64,000 nt of DNA, from contig OZ234493.1 of the NCBI GenBank assembly GCA_965153455.1, forward strand, positions 5,642,001-5,706,000, written 5' to 3'. The stretch comes from Sphagnum compactum (lineage: Eukaryota). Position 1 is the stretch's first letter; each line of letters opens with the position of its first letter. A program made the position numbers and the translations under genes. The notes beneath the pieces are model-generated. The model saw only the letters and a program-made list of their open reading frames with translations, did no database searches and was not told the DNA's origin. Of the stretch, positions 1 through 12,200 are shown piece after piece.

Positions 1-910
1 AGGAAAATCTATTAAAAGTGAAGCAAACTCTTGTTTGTGTAGGTGATCTGCCAAAGAAACCTACAACTAAGGATAAGATTGAACCATTAGGTTTTCAAAG
101 AGTGGGACCTAAGAGCAAACAATTTGGGGTAACATGGTTTAGACATTTCATAGTGCCATCTAGAACAAAGAAATGCCAATATCAACATGTGTACTACATC
201 CAAAAAAAAAGGCAATCATCCTATTAGAAATGAGTGATAATTGTAGGAACGATTAATGCCTAACACCTTAAAAATGCGAAGGTAGTAGTCCGAACCACAA
301 AAAGGAGGCTAAATCCGCTCGAAGATGTCAAAGGAGTGGCATGACGACAAATTAAGTGATTGATAAAATCGCTGAAAGACCCCACACCAAATAACTTTTC
401 CAATATAGTTATGGTATGAATACTGAACTCAACATAATGCTGCAAAATACTTGGAGATGGAAACATGGTACGAAGTAAGTAGCTCGAACACTAGGCATAA
501 CACAACGAGAGTATTGTAAACATGGGGAAATTGGATGTCATTTCAAAATCTTCATGAAGAGCCTAACCACAAACGATTCAACGAATGATGTAGATCTTAC
601 TGGTGCGCCCAAAATATGAAAACTCGAGTCGGGAGTAGGAAAGCCAGGAGGAAATGACATAAAATTTTCCAACCCCTTTGGAGACTAAGCTACACATTTC
701 GCCGACTGCACTGAAAGCCTTAATGCTGATAACTCATGTTGCAATCGTAAAAATGTAAGAATCACATCTGATGTGGGACCTATATGTGTATCATTTGGTA
801 AGGAAGGGAAAACACAAGTAGGGTAGGCTGTTACTATAAGGTGAAAAACGCAAAGGTGAGCCAAAGTAAACAACACTCCTCCCAATGGGTCCCCCTATTG
901 TGTACCTAAT
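1..910 (-). mobile_element. Decayed non-LTR retrotransposon RT (CRE/RLE-like), RT core to thumb; probably continues past the window edge
   Basis: The minus strand gives, in order and with stops/frameshifts, Q*GDPLGGVLFTLAH (QGDPLG motif), FPSLPNDTHIG (decayed xADD catalytic motif), LSVQSAKC, FHILGAPVRSTSFV and HATPLTSSSGFSL (QxxLPxxxGGxGL-like). This motif order is typical of RLE-clade RTs. Confidence 0.72.
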
Positions 911-984
911 TTTGACGAAATGAGTATGAAAAGAACACATAATTAAAACATTTGTTTTAGTTTTTCATAAGCAATTAGAGTCAA

Positions 985-1340
985 TTCCAAATCCTACCCC
1001 ACTTCCATTAACATGATTACACCACACGAACCCTTGCTCATGTAAGGGAGTATGTTCGAGTGTATGTACACTAGTTTCGAGCACACCTGTAGCCCCATTT
1101 GAAGAAACCACGAATCCTTCACCTTTTCCATCCACTTGCTAAGGTTGATCTCCCTCTTTTCATCAATGATTTCCATCCTAAAATGGAAGTTACTTTAGAT
1201 TGGGAGGCATTTGTCTCTGTTTTAACCTGTTCACCACATTTTTTTTCTTGCGACCCCTCAAATATGGTGTATGAACTTTTATAAAACGATATTGTCCTAG
1301 ATGATTCTGCGAATGGCTTTGACCTATTTTTCAAAGTACA
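985..1340 (+). mobile_element. Fragment of the N-terminal RT region of a CRE/RLE-like element, opposite orientation to 1-910
   Basis: LFHPLAKVDLP...SPHFFSCDPSNMVYELL*..DDSANGFDLFF resembles the LHP...SAPGPSGxxYExL segment that precedes RLE-type RT domains. Confidence 0.5.
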
Positions 1341-2523
1341 AACCACAATTTGCTTAGCATATTTTGTTTACAACTGGGACCTTAAACCTCAATCTTGAAA
1401 ACCCCAACTCAAAAATTCCTTTTAATCCCCTTTAAACCCTAAAAATATTGCCCTAAAATAGTATTTACAAACAAAACGAAAAAATGAAAAGGGGACATAT
1501 GGCAACAGACTCACGAAAACCCAAAGAATGGATGGGAATGGTAATGAACCTAGTTGCAAATGCACCAATGTTTGTGTGCTTGTGCTAACGTTCACGGACC
1601 CTATTTGACTACCTAGTCTGTTTTGCCTTGCTCTTGTCTTGCTTTATGTTGGCCTGCCTTGCTCTATATGCTTGGCCTTGCCCCTGCTTTAAACACTACT
1701 ACTACTAGTACTGCTACTATTACTACACTCTCAAACATTGACTGTTTTCCCAATTGTTGCTACAAGGTCGTCAAATACACGAATCGATAGAACTAGGATG
1801 AGATCCCACTCTTAAGGTTAGGTTGACAGGCGATTGTTGATGATTGTTGATGATCGTGCAACTGTTCTACTCAAATCAAAGGGCCCTTGCTTTGAAGGGT
1901 TTTGGGTTTTTATAGCTTCTTCCAGTGACGGCAGTGCGCACTCAGCAAGGGGCTATTGCAGTAGACGATGCATTGGTGTGTGAAAGGCAATGGACGTGCT
2001 TCTCAAGTGGTCAGCATAGTAGAAACAAAGAGAGAAAGTGCAGCTCCTGGAAAATGAGCAACTCCTATATGTCGTAGTGGCCCACAAAACAAAAAAGAAA
2101 AAGAAAAGCTTGCATGGAAAGCTAAAGTACGGAGACTTTCGTTGAAGCTGCCTGATTGCCATTTCTCCAAGTGCATCGTCATTGCTGGAACAACCCCTAG
2201 CCACAGCAAAATGTCCAATGATTTCACACAGTAGTGAAAGCAGCTCCAAAGCCTCCAGTAACACCTCTGCACTTCACAAGCTTCCTCCTCCTGCAAGGCT
2301 CAACTTCTTCCAGTTGAAGGTGCAAGCTGGGCAGAGCGCAGACAGAGTCCCGTACTACTTTGAACAAAATTCTCTCTTTGTGCAGCAATGTGATAACTAG
2401 ACCTGTTACCAACTCTAGCTAGGATCTGATACAGAGGAAACCACAACGTATATGGTAATTCACAAAACAGAGGTTAGAATCATGTGCCGATAGCCTAAGT
2501 ACTGGGAATGGTCAAGCCCCTCT

Positions 2524-2658
2524 CCACTCTGTTGGGTAAGGTGCCAAGCGAGTGCGTGCACTTGGCACTCACTTGGCACCTGACCCAACGTAGTGGGCAA
2601 GGCACCAAGAGAGTGCGCTTGCACTCACTTTGGGCCTCGCCCAACATAGTGGGCAAGG
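2524..2658. repeat. Two tandem GC-rich imperfect palindromes (hairpin units of about 60-70 bp)
   Basis: GTTGGGTAAGGTGCCAAGCGAGTGC...GCACTCACTTGGCACCTGACCCAAC, then GGGCAAGGCACCAAGAGAGTGC...GCACTCACTTTGGGCCTCGCCC. Both are followed by a shared CCCAAC(G/A)TAGTGGGCAAGG junction. Confidence 0.8.
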
Positions 2659-3045
2659 ATGAGGCCATTCCATGGCATTAAGATCCAGGATAGCAAATTC
2701 AGCGATTTAAAGAAATAAAAATCTTGTTCAACAGACACATTTTGGTCACTATATCAAGTCTGTGAACATCACTGGAAGATTATGTCATATAATGTAGTCA
2801 AGAATATGACATAATCTGCCACCCGGGACCTTAATGTAATACAGAAAATGGCAAAAATTTCACTTTCATTTTTGTCCGCTACGCACAAGCCAAAATGACT
2901 GACTGGTAAGGGGATCTCACAAGGGAAAAACCAAATCAGTAGGATCACCAGTAACCGGATGGACGACCTATGACCGGTAACGTGCGCCAGGGCTCGTCTT
3001 GATGCATGCATTGATCCTGAATTTGGTCGTAAATCCGTCGTTATT

Positions 3046-3163
3046 CCACGTGGATTCTCGTGATTGGGTGTAGCTCTCATTTCAAGATAGCATCGGGGTG
3101 TTGGTGAGCGGTGTGATTGGCTTCAAACCCATATCCGTTTGGATAAGGTTGAGGTTCCTATAA
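3046..3163 (+). promoter_or_regulatory. Light-responsive promoter of PsbQ: G-box, inverted CCAAT boxes, I-box, TATA-like
   Basis: CCACGTGG 3046-3053, GATTGG at about 3062 and 3115, GGATAAGG 3141-3148, CTATAA about 3158-3163, all 250-360 bp upstream of the PsbQ ATG. Confidence 0.6.
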
Positions 3164-3409
3164 CCGTGCAGAGAACGGGCTGCCCGTGAATGGAAAAAAA
3201 AAAACTAGGAGGAGGACTCGTCGTCGTCGTCGTCGTCTTCTCTTGTGGGTGAAGTACTCACGATTGCTCCACAGCACACTGTGTTGCGCTTCGTGTCCCG
3301 CAAGCTCTCGCCGCACTCAGCTAAGTTTTCGCACTCGGTTCTCGAAGCTCGAATTGTTTCAAGCTCGGTTTTCAGTTCTCGGAGCTCGGAGTTTGTTGTA
3401 AAAGGTGAG

Positions 3410-4550
3410 ATGGCAAACGCAGTAGCGTCAGTGGCGGGTCTGCGTGGAGCTTCTCAAGCTGTTTTGGAGGGAGCTTTGTTAACGTCATCCAGCACGCGTG
3501 TCCCTTCTCACAAGAGCAGCAGCAGCAGCAGAGTTTGTGGCGCCTCTGGAGCTGCTGGGAAGAGTATCGTGGTCGCCGTCCGGGCGCAACAGAATGAAGA
3601 ACCAGAGATGCTTTCCCAGTCGAGCCGGCGGTCCGTGTTGGGTCTATTGGCGGTTTCAGTTGCTGCCTCGACTTTGGTGAAAGAAGAAGCAGCGCAAGCT
3701 GAAGTCGCCTCCATTCCGATCGAGGGCCCTCCGCCACTTTCTGGCGGCCTACGTATGTCCTGTATATTTTTTTTGTCTTCTCCTTAGTCTGAGAATATAG
3801 ATACCCTTTGTGATCCGCTGACAATTTTCGGGGCTGTTTTGTGTCACAGCTGGAACTGAGAACGCTGACGAAGCCCGCGACTTCGACCTGCCGCAGAAAC
3901 AGAGGTTCTTCATTCAAATCTTGCCGCCGGAGCAGGCAGCAAAACGTGCCAAGGATGCAGCCGAAGCCATCGTGGGCGTGAAAACCCTGATCGATAAGAA
4001 GGCGTGGCCCTATGTGCAGAACGGACTTCGTGATTATGCCGGATCCTTGCGCTATGACCTGAACACCGTCATTGGCTCAAAACCTAAGGAGGAAAAGCGT
4101 GCCCTGAAGGCCATCACTGCCGAACTCTACGATTCGCTCGACAAAGTACGTTTCGCAATTGCTGTGCTACACATCTATCTCTCCTCATTTCCTTGCTTCT
4201 CAATTTTTGCAGTGCAAGCAGAGATACCTAACATGTTCAATTGGACATTGCATTCTCCGAATTGATTTGCCTCTGGACAAAATTTGCAAAGGATTCTATC
4301 TACAGATGAGGTTGTTGCAACACACAGAAACAGAAAAACACTCACACAGTCACTGCAACTCATAATCCACTCAATGAATGAATAAACAATAAACCCTAAA
4401 GCCTACTGATGCAATCAATCATGCTGCTGGTTTTTTTGTTTTTGTTGTTTGCAGTTGGATTATGCAGCAAGGGTTAAAAGCTCGACAGATGCAGAAAAGT
4501 ACTATTCAAAGGCTGTTGGGCTGTTGAAAACTGTCATCACCAAAATCTAA
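3410..4550 (+). CDS. PsbQ: Photosystem II oxygen-evolving enhancer protein 3 (PsbQ), 3 exons, 244 aa
   Basis: Exons 3410-3752, 3850-4145, 4455-4550, all GT-AG and in frame. Bipartite transit peptide with Tat signal SRRSVLGLLAV...AQA; motifs [57 protein letters not shown]..AEKYY. Confidence 0.96.
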
Positions 4551-4660
4551 GCTAAGCTGGGATTTTGGTTAAAAGCTCGACAGATGCAGAAAAGTACTAT
4601 TCAAAGGCTGTTGGGCTGTTGAAAACTGTCATCACCAAAATCTAAGCTAAGCTGGGATTT
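4472..4660 (+). repeat. Perfect ~95-bp tandem duplication covering the PsbQ C-terminus, stop codon and start of the 3' UTR
   Basis: GGTTAAAAGCTCGACAG...CAAAATCTAAGCTAAGCTGGGATTT occurs at 4472-4566 and again at 4567-4660. Confidence 0.95.
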
Positions 4661-6518
4661 GAAATGCGATTGTATAATGTGTTTTGTGAGTACAAATTTT
4701 CGATGCTATATTTCACGGTCTCAGGGTCCTCGGTGTCCATCATATCACCTCAGTTGTGAAACCTGGATTTCCATAGTGTGAAACCTAAGAAATGGGGAGG
4801 AAGAAGCCATTTCTGTGCTTGAGGATTGTGTTGTGTGTGAACTTTTTTTGAAAACTGCTCAATCAAAATTCTCTCGTGCATCACAAATCACTTGTTTTAA
4901 ATGTTGTGCGAATAGATTGCTGTGATGGGATTCAACTTCTATGTTGTAAATTCCTTGAATATCCAGAATGTATTAAATGCTTATACTATCAAAGGACTTA
5001 GTCCTTCATCAAGAGAGTCATTTTCCAAGCACTGGGGTTACTAGCTTGAAACATCTCCTAGGAAGTATAGTATTGGCTAGATAGAGTTCAACCTCAGCAG
5101 GTGTGCAATGCACTTGGGTACATGTCAAAATTCAGCTGTCATCTATTTCAGTGTGAAGTGACAGCGTTACTCAACTTTTTTCTGTGTTGTGTTTCTTCTG
5201 GTATGCAATAAATTATGAAGGCAGCTATGTATCTCCTCTGTCTGCATAATTGCAGATTCACTTGAAAGTAGGACGTCTGTATGAAAGCAGAAATGTAGAA
5301 AGGGAGGATGTACTCATGCACTCAGAGAAAGTGGCATTTAGATAAGTCAGAAGCATTCTAATCAGGATAGTACCTTGTGAGTGTACCCAGAAACAGCATT
5401 TGTGTACTGTTCCACTGTGATAGATTTCCCATTGCAGTTCTAGTTATACAAGAGTAGCCTGCCTTGGTATCATGCTTCTATGCATTTCAGCTCACAGCAA
5501 GAAAGAGGAGAAGAAAAGGTTCCAACTATGCATGAGATTTGTGAATTATGAAAACTACATTATTTGAAGCCAGAGTGGGTGGTGTGTTGTTATTTTTTTC
5601 TGTGTTTACCCGGTTGCTTCTCTGAGTTCCAGCACCAAGTGTGAAAAGTTCCTAAGAAATGGCATAAGCACATGGAGATGAGGACATACAGGATCACTTG
5701 GTACTCAGCAGGTCCAGTTCCAAAAAAAATTTAGAATGCATGAGTTTTGGTTCAGGTTCTTCCACACATAGAATTGAGCTGGATTCAGCTGATCCAGGTC
5801 TGGTGCTTCAAAACACCAAACCTCAGTTCCAGTTCTGGTTCTGAATAGCCCCTTGTTCTATTCTGTTCTTTTCAATTTTCGATTTTTTTCCCAAAAAGCT
5901 TGGTTCTAGTTCAACCTCTGATTCTAGTAATTTTTTTAAATTATTGTTTTTCTTTCCCAAAATTCTCGGTTCCAGTTCAACACATAAATGGAACCTTAGG
6001 AAACATAAATCCTTGTTCTGGTTCTCTTCTGCACTCCCCAGGGGCTAGCTATTATTAGGGTTATGACAAATTTGGGTAAGACTAGGCCTGTTTTACGAAT
6101 AAAATTCCAAACTATATTTCCTAGCTTCAAAACATAATTAGTTAGCTCATGGATTTGGAGGAAGCATAACCTAAGAAGAAGAAATTTCCAGTGATCTTGA
6201 CGAACTATCTTGAACTAGTTTTGCACCTGTTATTAAACAAAAGCTAATAACTGTGTTGTAGGTGCTTAATAACCAGTGCTTTCTGCACATCAAGATCTGA
6301 TGTTTTCTGTGGGGGAATCCACCTGCATCACCTAACTTAGTTGCTCACATCCACAAGGCAATTCTCATTCCTAGCCATGATGCTGGCTACATAAACAAAA
6401 CCTTAAAGAGATACAGAAGACCACAAACTCGAAGAAGAGAAAAGCAAAGAGAAAGAGAGGGAAAAGCCACAAAATGGAGAAAACCCAAAGGAAGAAGAAA
6501 ACATAGAGAACAGGTACA

Positions 6519-6768
6519 ATCTTTCTTTGTTAAAGAAACCTTTGGTTCAATTATGATTTAAAACAAACTTTGAAGAGTAATTTGATGATCTTGTCAGAGC
6601 TGATCTTTCTTTGTTAAAGAAACCTCTGGTTCGATTTTGATTTAAAACAAACTTTGAAGAGTAATTTGATGATCTTGTCAGAGATGATCTTTCTTCGTTA
6701 AACAAACCTCTGGTTCAATTTTGATTTAAAACAAACATTGAAGAGTAATTTGATGAACTTGTCAGAGC
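6519..6768. repeat. 84-bp tandem repeat, 3 copies
   Basis: Unit ATCTTTCTTTGTTAAAGAAACC...GATCTTGTCAGAG starts at 6519, 6603 and 6687, with only a few substitutions. Confidence 0.92.
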
Positions 6769-7680
6769 AGAACGGAGCAGAAATACTTAAGTATATACAG
6801 GGATATGTGGCCACCTGGTCCCCCCAAACTCCTGTACTCAAAGCCATACTTATATAACTGTCAAAATCCATGCATGAACAAAGCTAACCATCTTCTGTGA
6901 AACACGGTTCTGCTCATTTCAGGGCAGAAGGTGGCCTGTGGAGGGCAATTCAAAATCATTTAGCTCTACCTACAAAATGGTTTGGTGTTCCTTCAAACAC
7001 AGAGTTCCCTGTGACTTGAATCATACACCTTTCCAAAGAAATTGTGGACATGAAGCTTTCCTCACTACTCACAATGTTTGCCTCCTCAAATATCTTTGAA
7101 CTGAACTAACTAATCACTGCCCTAACTTCCTCCCTCCCTCTCTACCCTAATAAATCTTCAGCTCTATGGTTTCGAGGAGCAAGAGGGCGAGATTCTTGAA
7201 CCTATGACAAAAATGACATCAGAAGTATGTGTAATTTCTAGGTCCCCTTGAGAAGTCTCTTCATACAAAGGTCTGGTCCTGAAACAATATTCTTCAACCA
7301 CAAAACAATATAGCAGATCCATAAGCTGCAGAAAAAAGACCAATAAGAAGGACTGGGTGCCGGATTTCAAAGACATATTGCCAGACTGCAAGAATAAGAG
7401 AACAGAGATTAAACAACATCTGGGCAAAAGAATATTTATTATCTCAAAAAGTGGCAATCCAATCAATGGAAGTGTTCAAAATGCAATGTAAATTATACAC
7501 TTCAGAATGACCAGATCTCCTACGGCACTGACCACTAAATGCAACATGACTAGTGATGATGGACAGATGGATGGTCTCCAATGTTCATGCAATAAACCTG
7601 CAATTTGCTTGATCGACAATCCAATCAGCCCTATCTCATGGGTGTGCAAGCCTCTAAAACAAATGAATGTATTGCTTTGC

Positions 7681-8754
7681 TCAGCCAGCTCCTCCCAACA
7701 GTCTCTTCAAGCCTGCTTTCTGCTCTGCAGTGAGCCTAGTTGGGAACTCAATATCAAATTTGATCCTCAGGTTGCCTCTCCGCCCGGGCTCCTTTGCAAT
7801 AGGCATTCCCTCCTTGGGTAATACCTTCTCATAACCAGGACTGATCACATCTGGAATGGAGACGTTCAGAGTCCTACCATCAAGAGTGGTGAGAGAGACA
7901 GTGGTACCTGTGAGAGCCTCCACCAAGGGGATCTTCTGTGTCACAATCAAGTCATTACCATCTCGCTTGAAAACATCACTTGGTCTTTCGTCAATCACAA
8001 AGACAAGGTCTGCTGCAACAAGATTTGGTTGCTCATTTCCTTTCTCAGGGAAGGTGATCTTGGTGCCCTTTTTCCAGCCAGGCTTCACCTCAATGGTCAG
8101 AATCTCTTCAACCGGCATAGTCTTGCCACTCGCATCAGCAATGCTTCTTGAGATCTTCATCTTCCTGGTGGAGCCTTTGTACAGTTCCTCTAAGCTGCAG
8201 AGCAGCTTGTTTTCCACCGGTGCAGCTTTCCGAGGTTGCTGCTGGCCCATGTGGGAAGGTCCTCCTCCATCAGTGAATGTGCGGAATGCCTGCCCCCCAT
8301 CTGAAGTGCGAAAAGCATTCTCCCCTCCACTGAAACCTCCAAACACGCCATCGCCGAAAGGCCCTCCTCTAGATGGCCTCCCTCCCATTCCTCCCATGCC
8401 AGAAAACGGGCTTGCGGCACCGAAAAACTCTGCAAAAATATCTTCTGCATTCCTAGGGTTAAATCTGAAAGCATTGCCCGCACCATTGCCAAAACCTTGC
8501 GCTGCTGCACCAGGAGGAGGAACCTGTCCTTTCAACCCTTCCTCCCCTTCCTGGTCGTAAATCTGCCTCTTCTGCGGATCACTCAGCACCTCATACGCCT
8601 CCGAAATCTGCTTGAACTTCGCCTCTGCTTCCTTCTTATTATTGGGGTTCTTGTCTGGATGCCACTTCATGGCCAGCTTCCGGTAAGCTTTCTTCAAGTC
8701 ATCCTCCGTTGCAGTCTTCCCGACCTTGAGAACGTTGTAATAATCAACTCCCAT
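7681..8754 (-). CDS. Class II (type B) DnaJ/Hsp40 co-chaperone, cytosolic DNAJB1/Sis1-like, intronless CDS, 357 aa
   Basis: J-domain MGVDYYNVL...KWHPDKNP...[19 protein letters not shown]-rich linker with DIFAEFFG, C-terminal [29 protein letters not shown]; no CxxCxGxG zinc repeats. Confidence 0.96.
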   Translation of the reverse strand: MGVDYYNVLKVGKTATEDDLKKAYRKLAMKWHPDKNPNNKKEAEAKFKQISEAYEVLSDPQKRQIYDQEGEEGLKGQVPPPGAAAQGFGNGAGNAFRFNPRNAEDIFAEFFGAASPFSGMGGMGGRPSRGGPFGDGVFGGFSGGENAFRTSDGGQAFRTFTDGGGPSHMGQQQPRKAAPVENKLLCSLEELYKGSTRKMKISRSIADASGKTMPVEEILTIEVKPGWKKGTKITFPEKGNEQPNLVAADLVFVIDERPSDVFKRDGNDLIVTQKIPLVEALTGTTVSLTTLDGRTLNVSIPDVISPGYEKVLPKEGMPIAKEPGRRGNLRIKFDIEFPTRLTAEQKAGLKRLLGGAG

Positions 8755-9079
8755 CGTCGCCTCCTGCTGCCGTCCCGGCCAAAATCTTCTCCCTGCTTAT
8801 ATCTTCCTCCTCTCTACCAACTCTCGTCTCTCTTAGTTGTCTTTCCTTGTTCCCTTTCGTCTAGGCTCCGCTTTCTCCTCCTATTCTCTAACCCTCAATT
8901 CCTTTTCTTCCCGGTTCCGTCTCCTTGGTCCTCGATTCTTCTGCCGCTCTCGTTTTCTTTCTCGTCCTATTTTTCTTCTTCTGCTGCTGTTGTCCAGGCC
9001 CTTATCTTCGCATCAGTTGATTTTCTGGGTTGCGTTTCATCATCAAATTTCCATCTGCAATGTAGATCGTCTGCCCAAA

Positions 9080-9230
9080 ACATATACATAAGCCTGTTAG
9101 CAACATCCGGTACAAGGCGACGCACAAAACCAGGGCGTCACGGGTGAGAAGAGCGACACCGCCATAGCCAATTTTCTTCCAGAGATTTCCAGATCTTTCT
9201 GGTGCGTTCTTCATTAGCGTTTAGGGTTTC
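9080..9230 (-). promoter_or_regulatory. DnaJ promoter: TATA-like, CCAAT, gapped heat-shock-element-like array, telo-box
   Basis: On the minus strand, aGAAc gcacc aGAAa gATCt gGAAa tCTCt gGAAg has GAA every 10 bp (about 9175-9210). CCAAT about 9168, TTATGTATATG about 9081-9091, AAACCCTAA about 9221-9229. Confidence 0.5.
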
Positions 9231-12200
9231 TCACCCAACGCCGGTTAAGATTAGGTAACCGCGGTTAGCTGGAACAGCTCCCTTGTGTCAGCCGTTTGGC
9301 CCCCGTGGCTAGGCCGTTGTACTGGAGTCCGTTTTCAACCCTGGTTGAGCTAACAACCTTGCTCTTATGTCCTTCTTTTACTTTATTATTAACTACGCTT
9401 TTAACTTTAACGTCTTTCTGCGTGTAGGCTCTGTTAAAAAATTTATGTTTTTTCTTGTAATACGTTGGGGAGGAAAAGAAATGCCAATGGATCTTTACAC
9501 ACAGTAAAGCACTTGGTTGTGGCCTTTAGAGTAGACGGGCTGGTGACCAAACACTTAAGCTTTCAGGGCAGGCCAGATCCAAGGGGGAGGGCTCTGTTGT
9601 TTCTGGTGTCCAAACAAAACTTGAACCCTTCCTCTTGGCGCATCTGACACACTAACAATCGTTGAAAACAGATTAGAAATGAGAACGTTACCCTTCTTGT
9701 TTGAAGGGCACCTTGTGTTTGTGAATGAATATTCATTGTTAAAAAGAGAAGCAATCCTCCACCCATAAGAAGGCCTAAGAACTAAGAACCCTCTAGGCCC
9801 TCTGTACCTGGTGATCTATGTTTGATTATGTATTCATGATAAGGTTCACCTAGTGCTTGCGCTCCTATGATGGGTAATGCCCATGGGTGATGGGGTTCAT
9901 GATGCCCAAAATAGGGGCCAAACTTGGCTACCATCTCGTACTAAAACATGAATGATAAAGATGATATTCATCACATCTTTCTCTTCAAAAATATGTTTAA
10001 ATAAAATTACCTATGAGAAATGATGGAATATTGTATTAGGCTTAGATAATTAGGTGAATGCAAAGAGGGTTTGATTTTTTGAAATAGTGTAAAAGATGCA
10101 TATGGGTCTCCAGCCATCACTCATAAATTGGTTTCCAACCTGAATCCTTGAAATTTCTTCCCTACAGGCAGAGCTAACAAATTAGTGTCATGTTGATAAA
10201 TCTTTTTATTTGAAAATTTATAACCTAAATTATTAAGCAATAGAAAAAAACATGGATTCAATTTTGATCCATTTAAGGTACCTAAATTTATTAATTAACA
10301 TGGACCTAAAGGAAAGATTTTCTTTTGACACCCATTTATTAGCCCTCTTGAAAGGGCATAACAAATGTTCAGAAGCTGGTCCCAAATTGGGTGAAAATAG
10401 GGTATAGATCACATCATTGGCATTTCGGCTCTTGCTTCAAGTCTCCATTCTTTCATTAGTGATTATCAATTTACATAACTTAATTCACAAAGGGAAGAAT
10501 TTGCACAACAAAGCCTTGATATTCCAACATGGCATACCTCGGATGATCATTTTCTCATTGGAAGGTTCAAATTTAACTTAGGGAGCATGGGTAAGCTATT
10601 TGAAAGAGCTTCATATCCATCCAGGTTGCACCTGATAAGGCACCTGTCAATTATACTAAGAAAAACAAAATCTGAGGTTATGAAATGTATACCTAGAGGA
10701 TTGAACATTGTCTTTCAATGAATGCTTGGATCTATAATGATGTAATGGGTTTGTTATGCACTTGGAACAACATTAATATGGTATTATGTTGTAAGGGAGG
10801 TTCCCATATGAGTGGGTTCATCTAAGGGAGGGTCGCACAAGGGCAGTAGCCCCAGGGTGTTACTGAGAGAACACTTGAGTATGAGAACCTCCACATGCTT
10901 AAGTAAAAATTAAGAAAAAACTTTTCTTTTTCTTTCCTCCATTCTTTCCTTCTTTATTTTTTGAATTTTCCTGATCTGTCCCTTTCCTCCTTGTGTTTTT
11001 GAATTGTCCTGATTCATCCCATCAAAAAATCTTTCCATGGGAACATGGGAATGTAGAAATATAGGGGGATCTCCCCCACCACATAACTCCCTAGGATCTT
11101 CTGCTGGGGGAGATCCCTCAAAATACAAAGAGAAATAAAAAGAGAGGTCTTTACGCAAAAGTCTCATGTTGCAAATCCTTCTTAAGGAGTCTAAATGTCT
11201 AAACATTTGAAGCTGTTGTCATAGCCCAACACATCCATCCAAATTGAAAACCTAATAATAATTCATCTAAAGGGCACATCAAGACACATACATGTATTCA
11301 ATGTGCAAAAATGTGAAAACTTTCAAGGTGCAAGGGTCATAGTTTGAAACCAATGTAAATATGTGATATTGCTTTTTGGCACTTGTAACTGAGTACCTAC
11401 TCTTTTAGGATGGAACAACATCCTTTGATGAGGATTCATTTACCTAATTAACAGCACTGACAAATAGTACTCCACAACTATGAACACTAACACCCTTTAA
11501 CATGTAAAGAGTGAAATGGAAGAGATAGGCTATAGCCAACCCCATTTAAAAGCTCAATGGAAACACACATTATTGTCTCAAGAAAGTTGACAATAATTGA
11601 CAAGAGGGGACCATCTTGACAATTTGTTCCAACTCCCAAGTTTGATTGAGAGGAGGAACATGCAACAAAATTGTTAACTTATTATTGGAGTGAACAATAA
11701 AATTATTTCCACAGATACCCTAGCCTAGGATCCGTTTTCACATGGTCAGAACACCTTAGCTTCCTATTGTCATGAAAATTTGTTTCACTATTTTAAAGAT
11801 TTTATTAATGCCGAAACTAACCCTAGGGTGAAGTATATCAAGGAACCCATTTTGAATTTAATATTTTTCATGAAATTTTGCACTGCAGCAACCCCCCAAG
11901 AAATCCAGTGAGAAGGGTTTGGAGGACTTTTTTGGGACAAAAAATGTGCCAAAAGTCACAATATTTTGAGGAAAAAGTCTAAATTCGCCATATTTGGACA
12001 AAACCTCCCAAGAGGTTGCCAAAACAAAGCAGGATTCTTCAAAAAAAGAAGCACTGAACCCATCTCCTCCTGGAGTGATTATTTTTCCCATAAATTTTGT
12101 GATTTTTAGACAATAAAAATTGGGAAATTTTTGGAGATGTTTTTTTCTAGTGTAAATTTTGACTAATTTTGCTCATTTTAAAAAGAAAATTTCGCCAAAT

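Noticed and set aside
1953-2412. Overlapping short ORFs with coding-like GC content
   Set aside because: No recognisable domain or consistent splice structure; may be a gene fragment but cannot be supported.
2538-2562. miR536-like sequence (GTGCCAAGC...GTGCA) in the hairpin
   Set aside because: Only a short core matches what I recall of the mature miRNA; not enough to name it.
6519-6768. CRISPR-like array (also considered for 48273-48722)
   Set aside because: Units are contiguous repeats without unique spacers, the context is eukaryotic, and there are no cas genes.
7856-9147. Long plus-strand ORFs of 234 and 216 aa
   Set aside because: Antisense shadows of the DnaJ CDS and its purine-rich leader.
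9900-11700. Possible decayed LINE RT (also 30200-31100 and 38300-40000)
   Set aside because: Only faint motif hints; too degenerate to call without a profile search.
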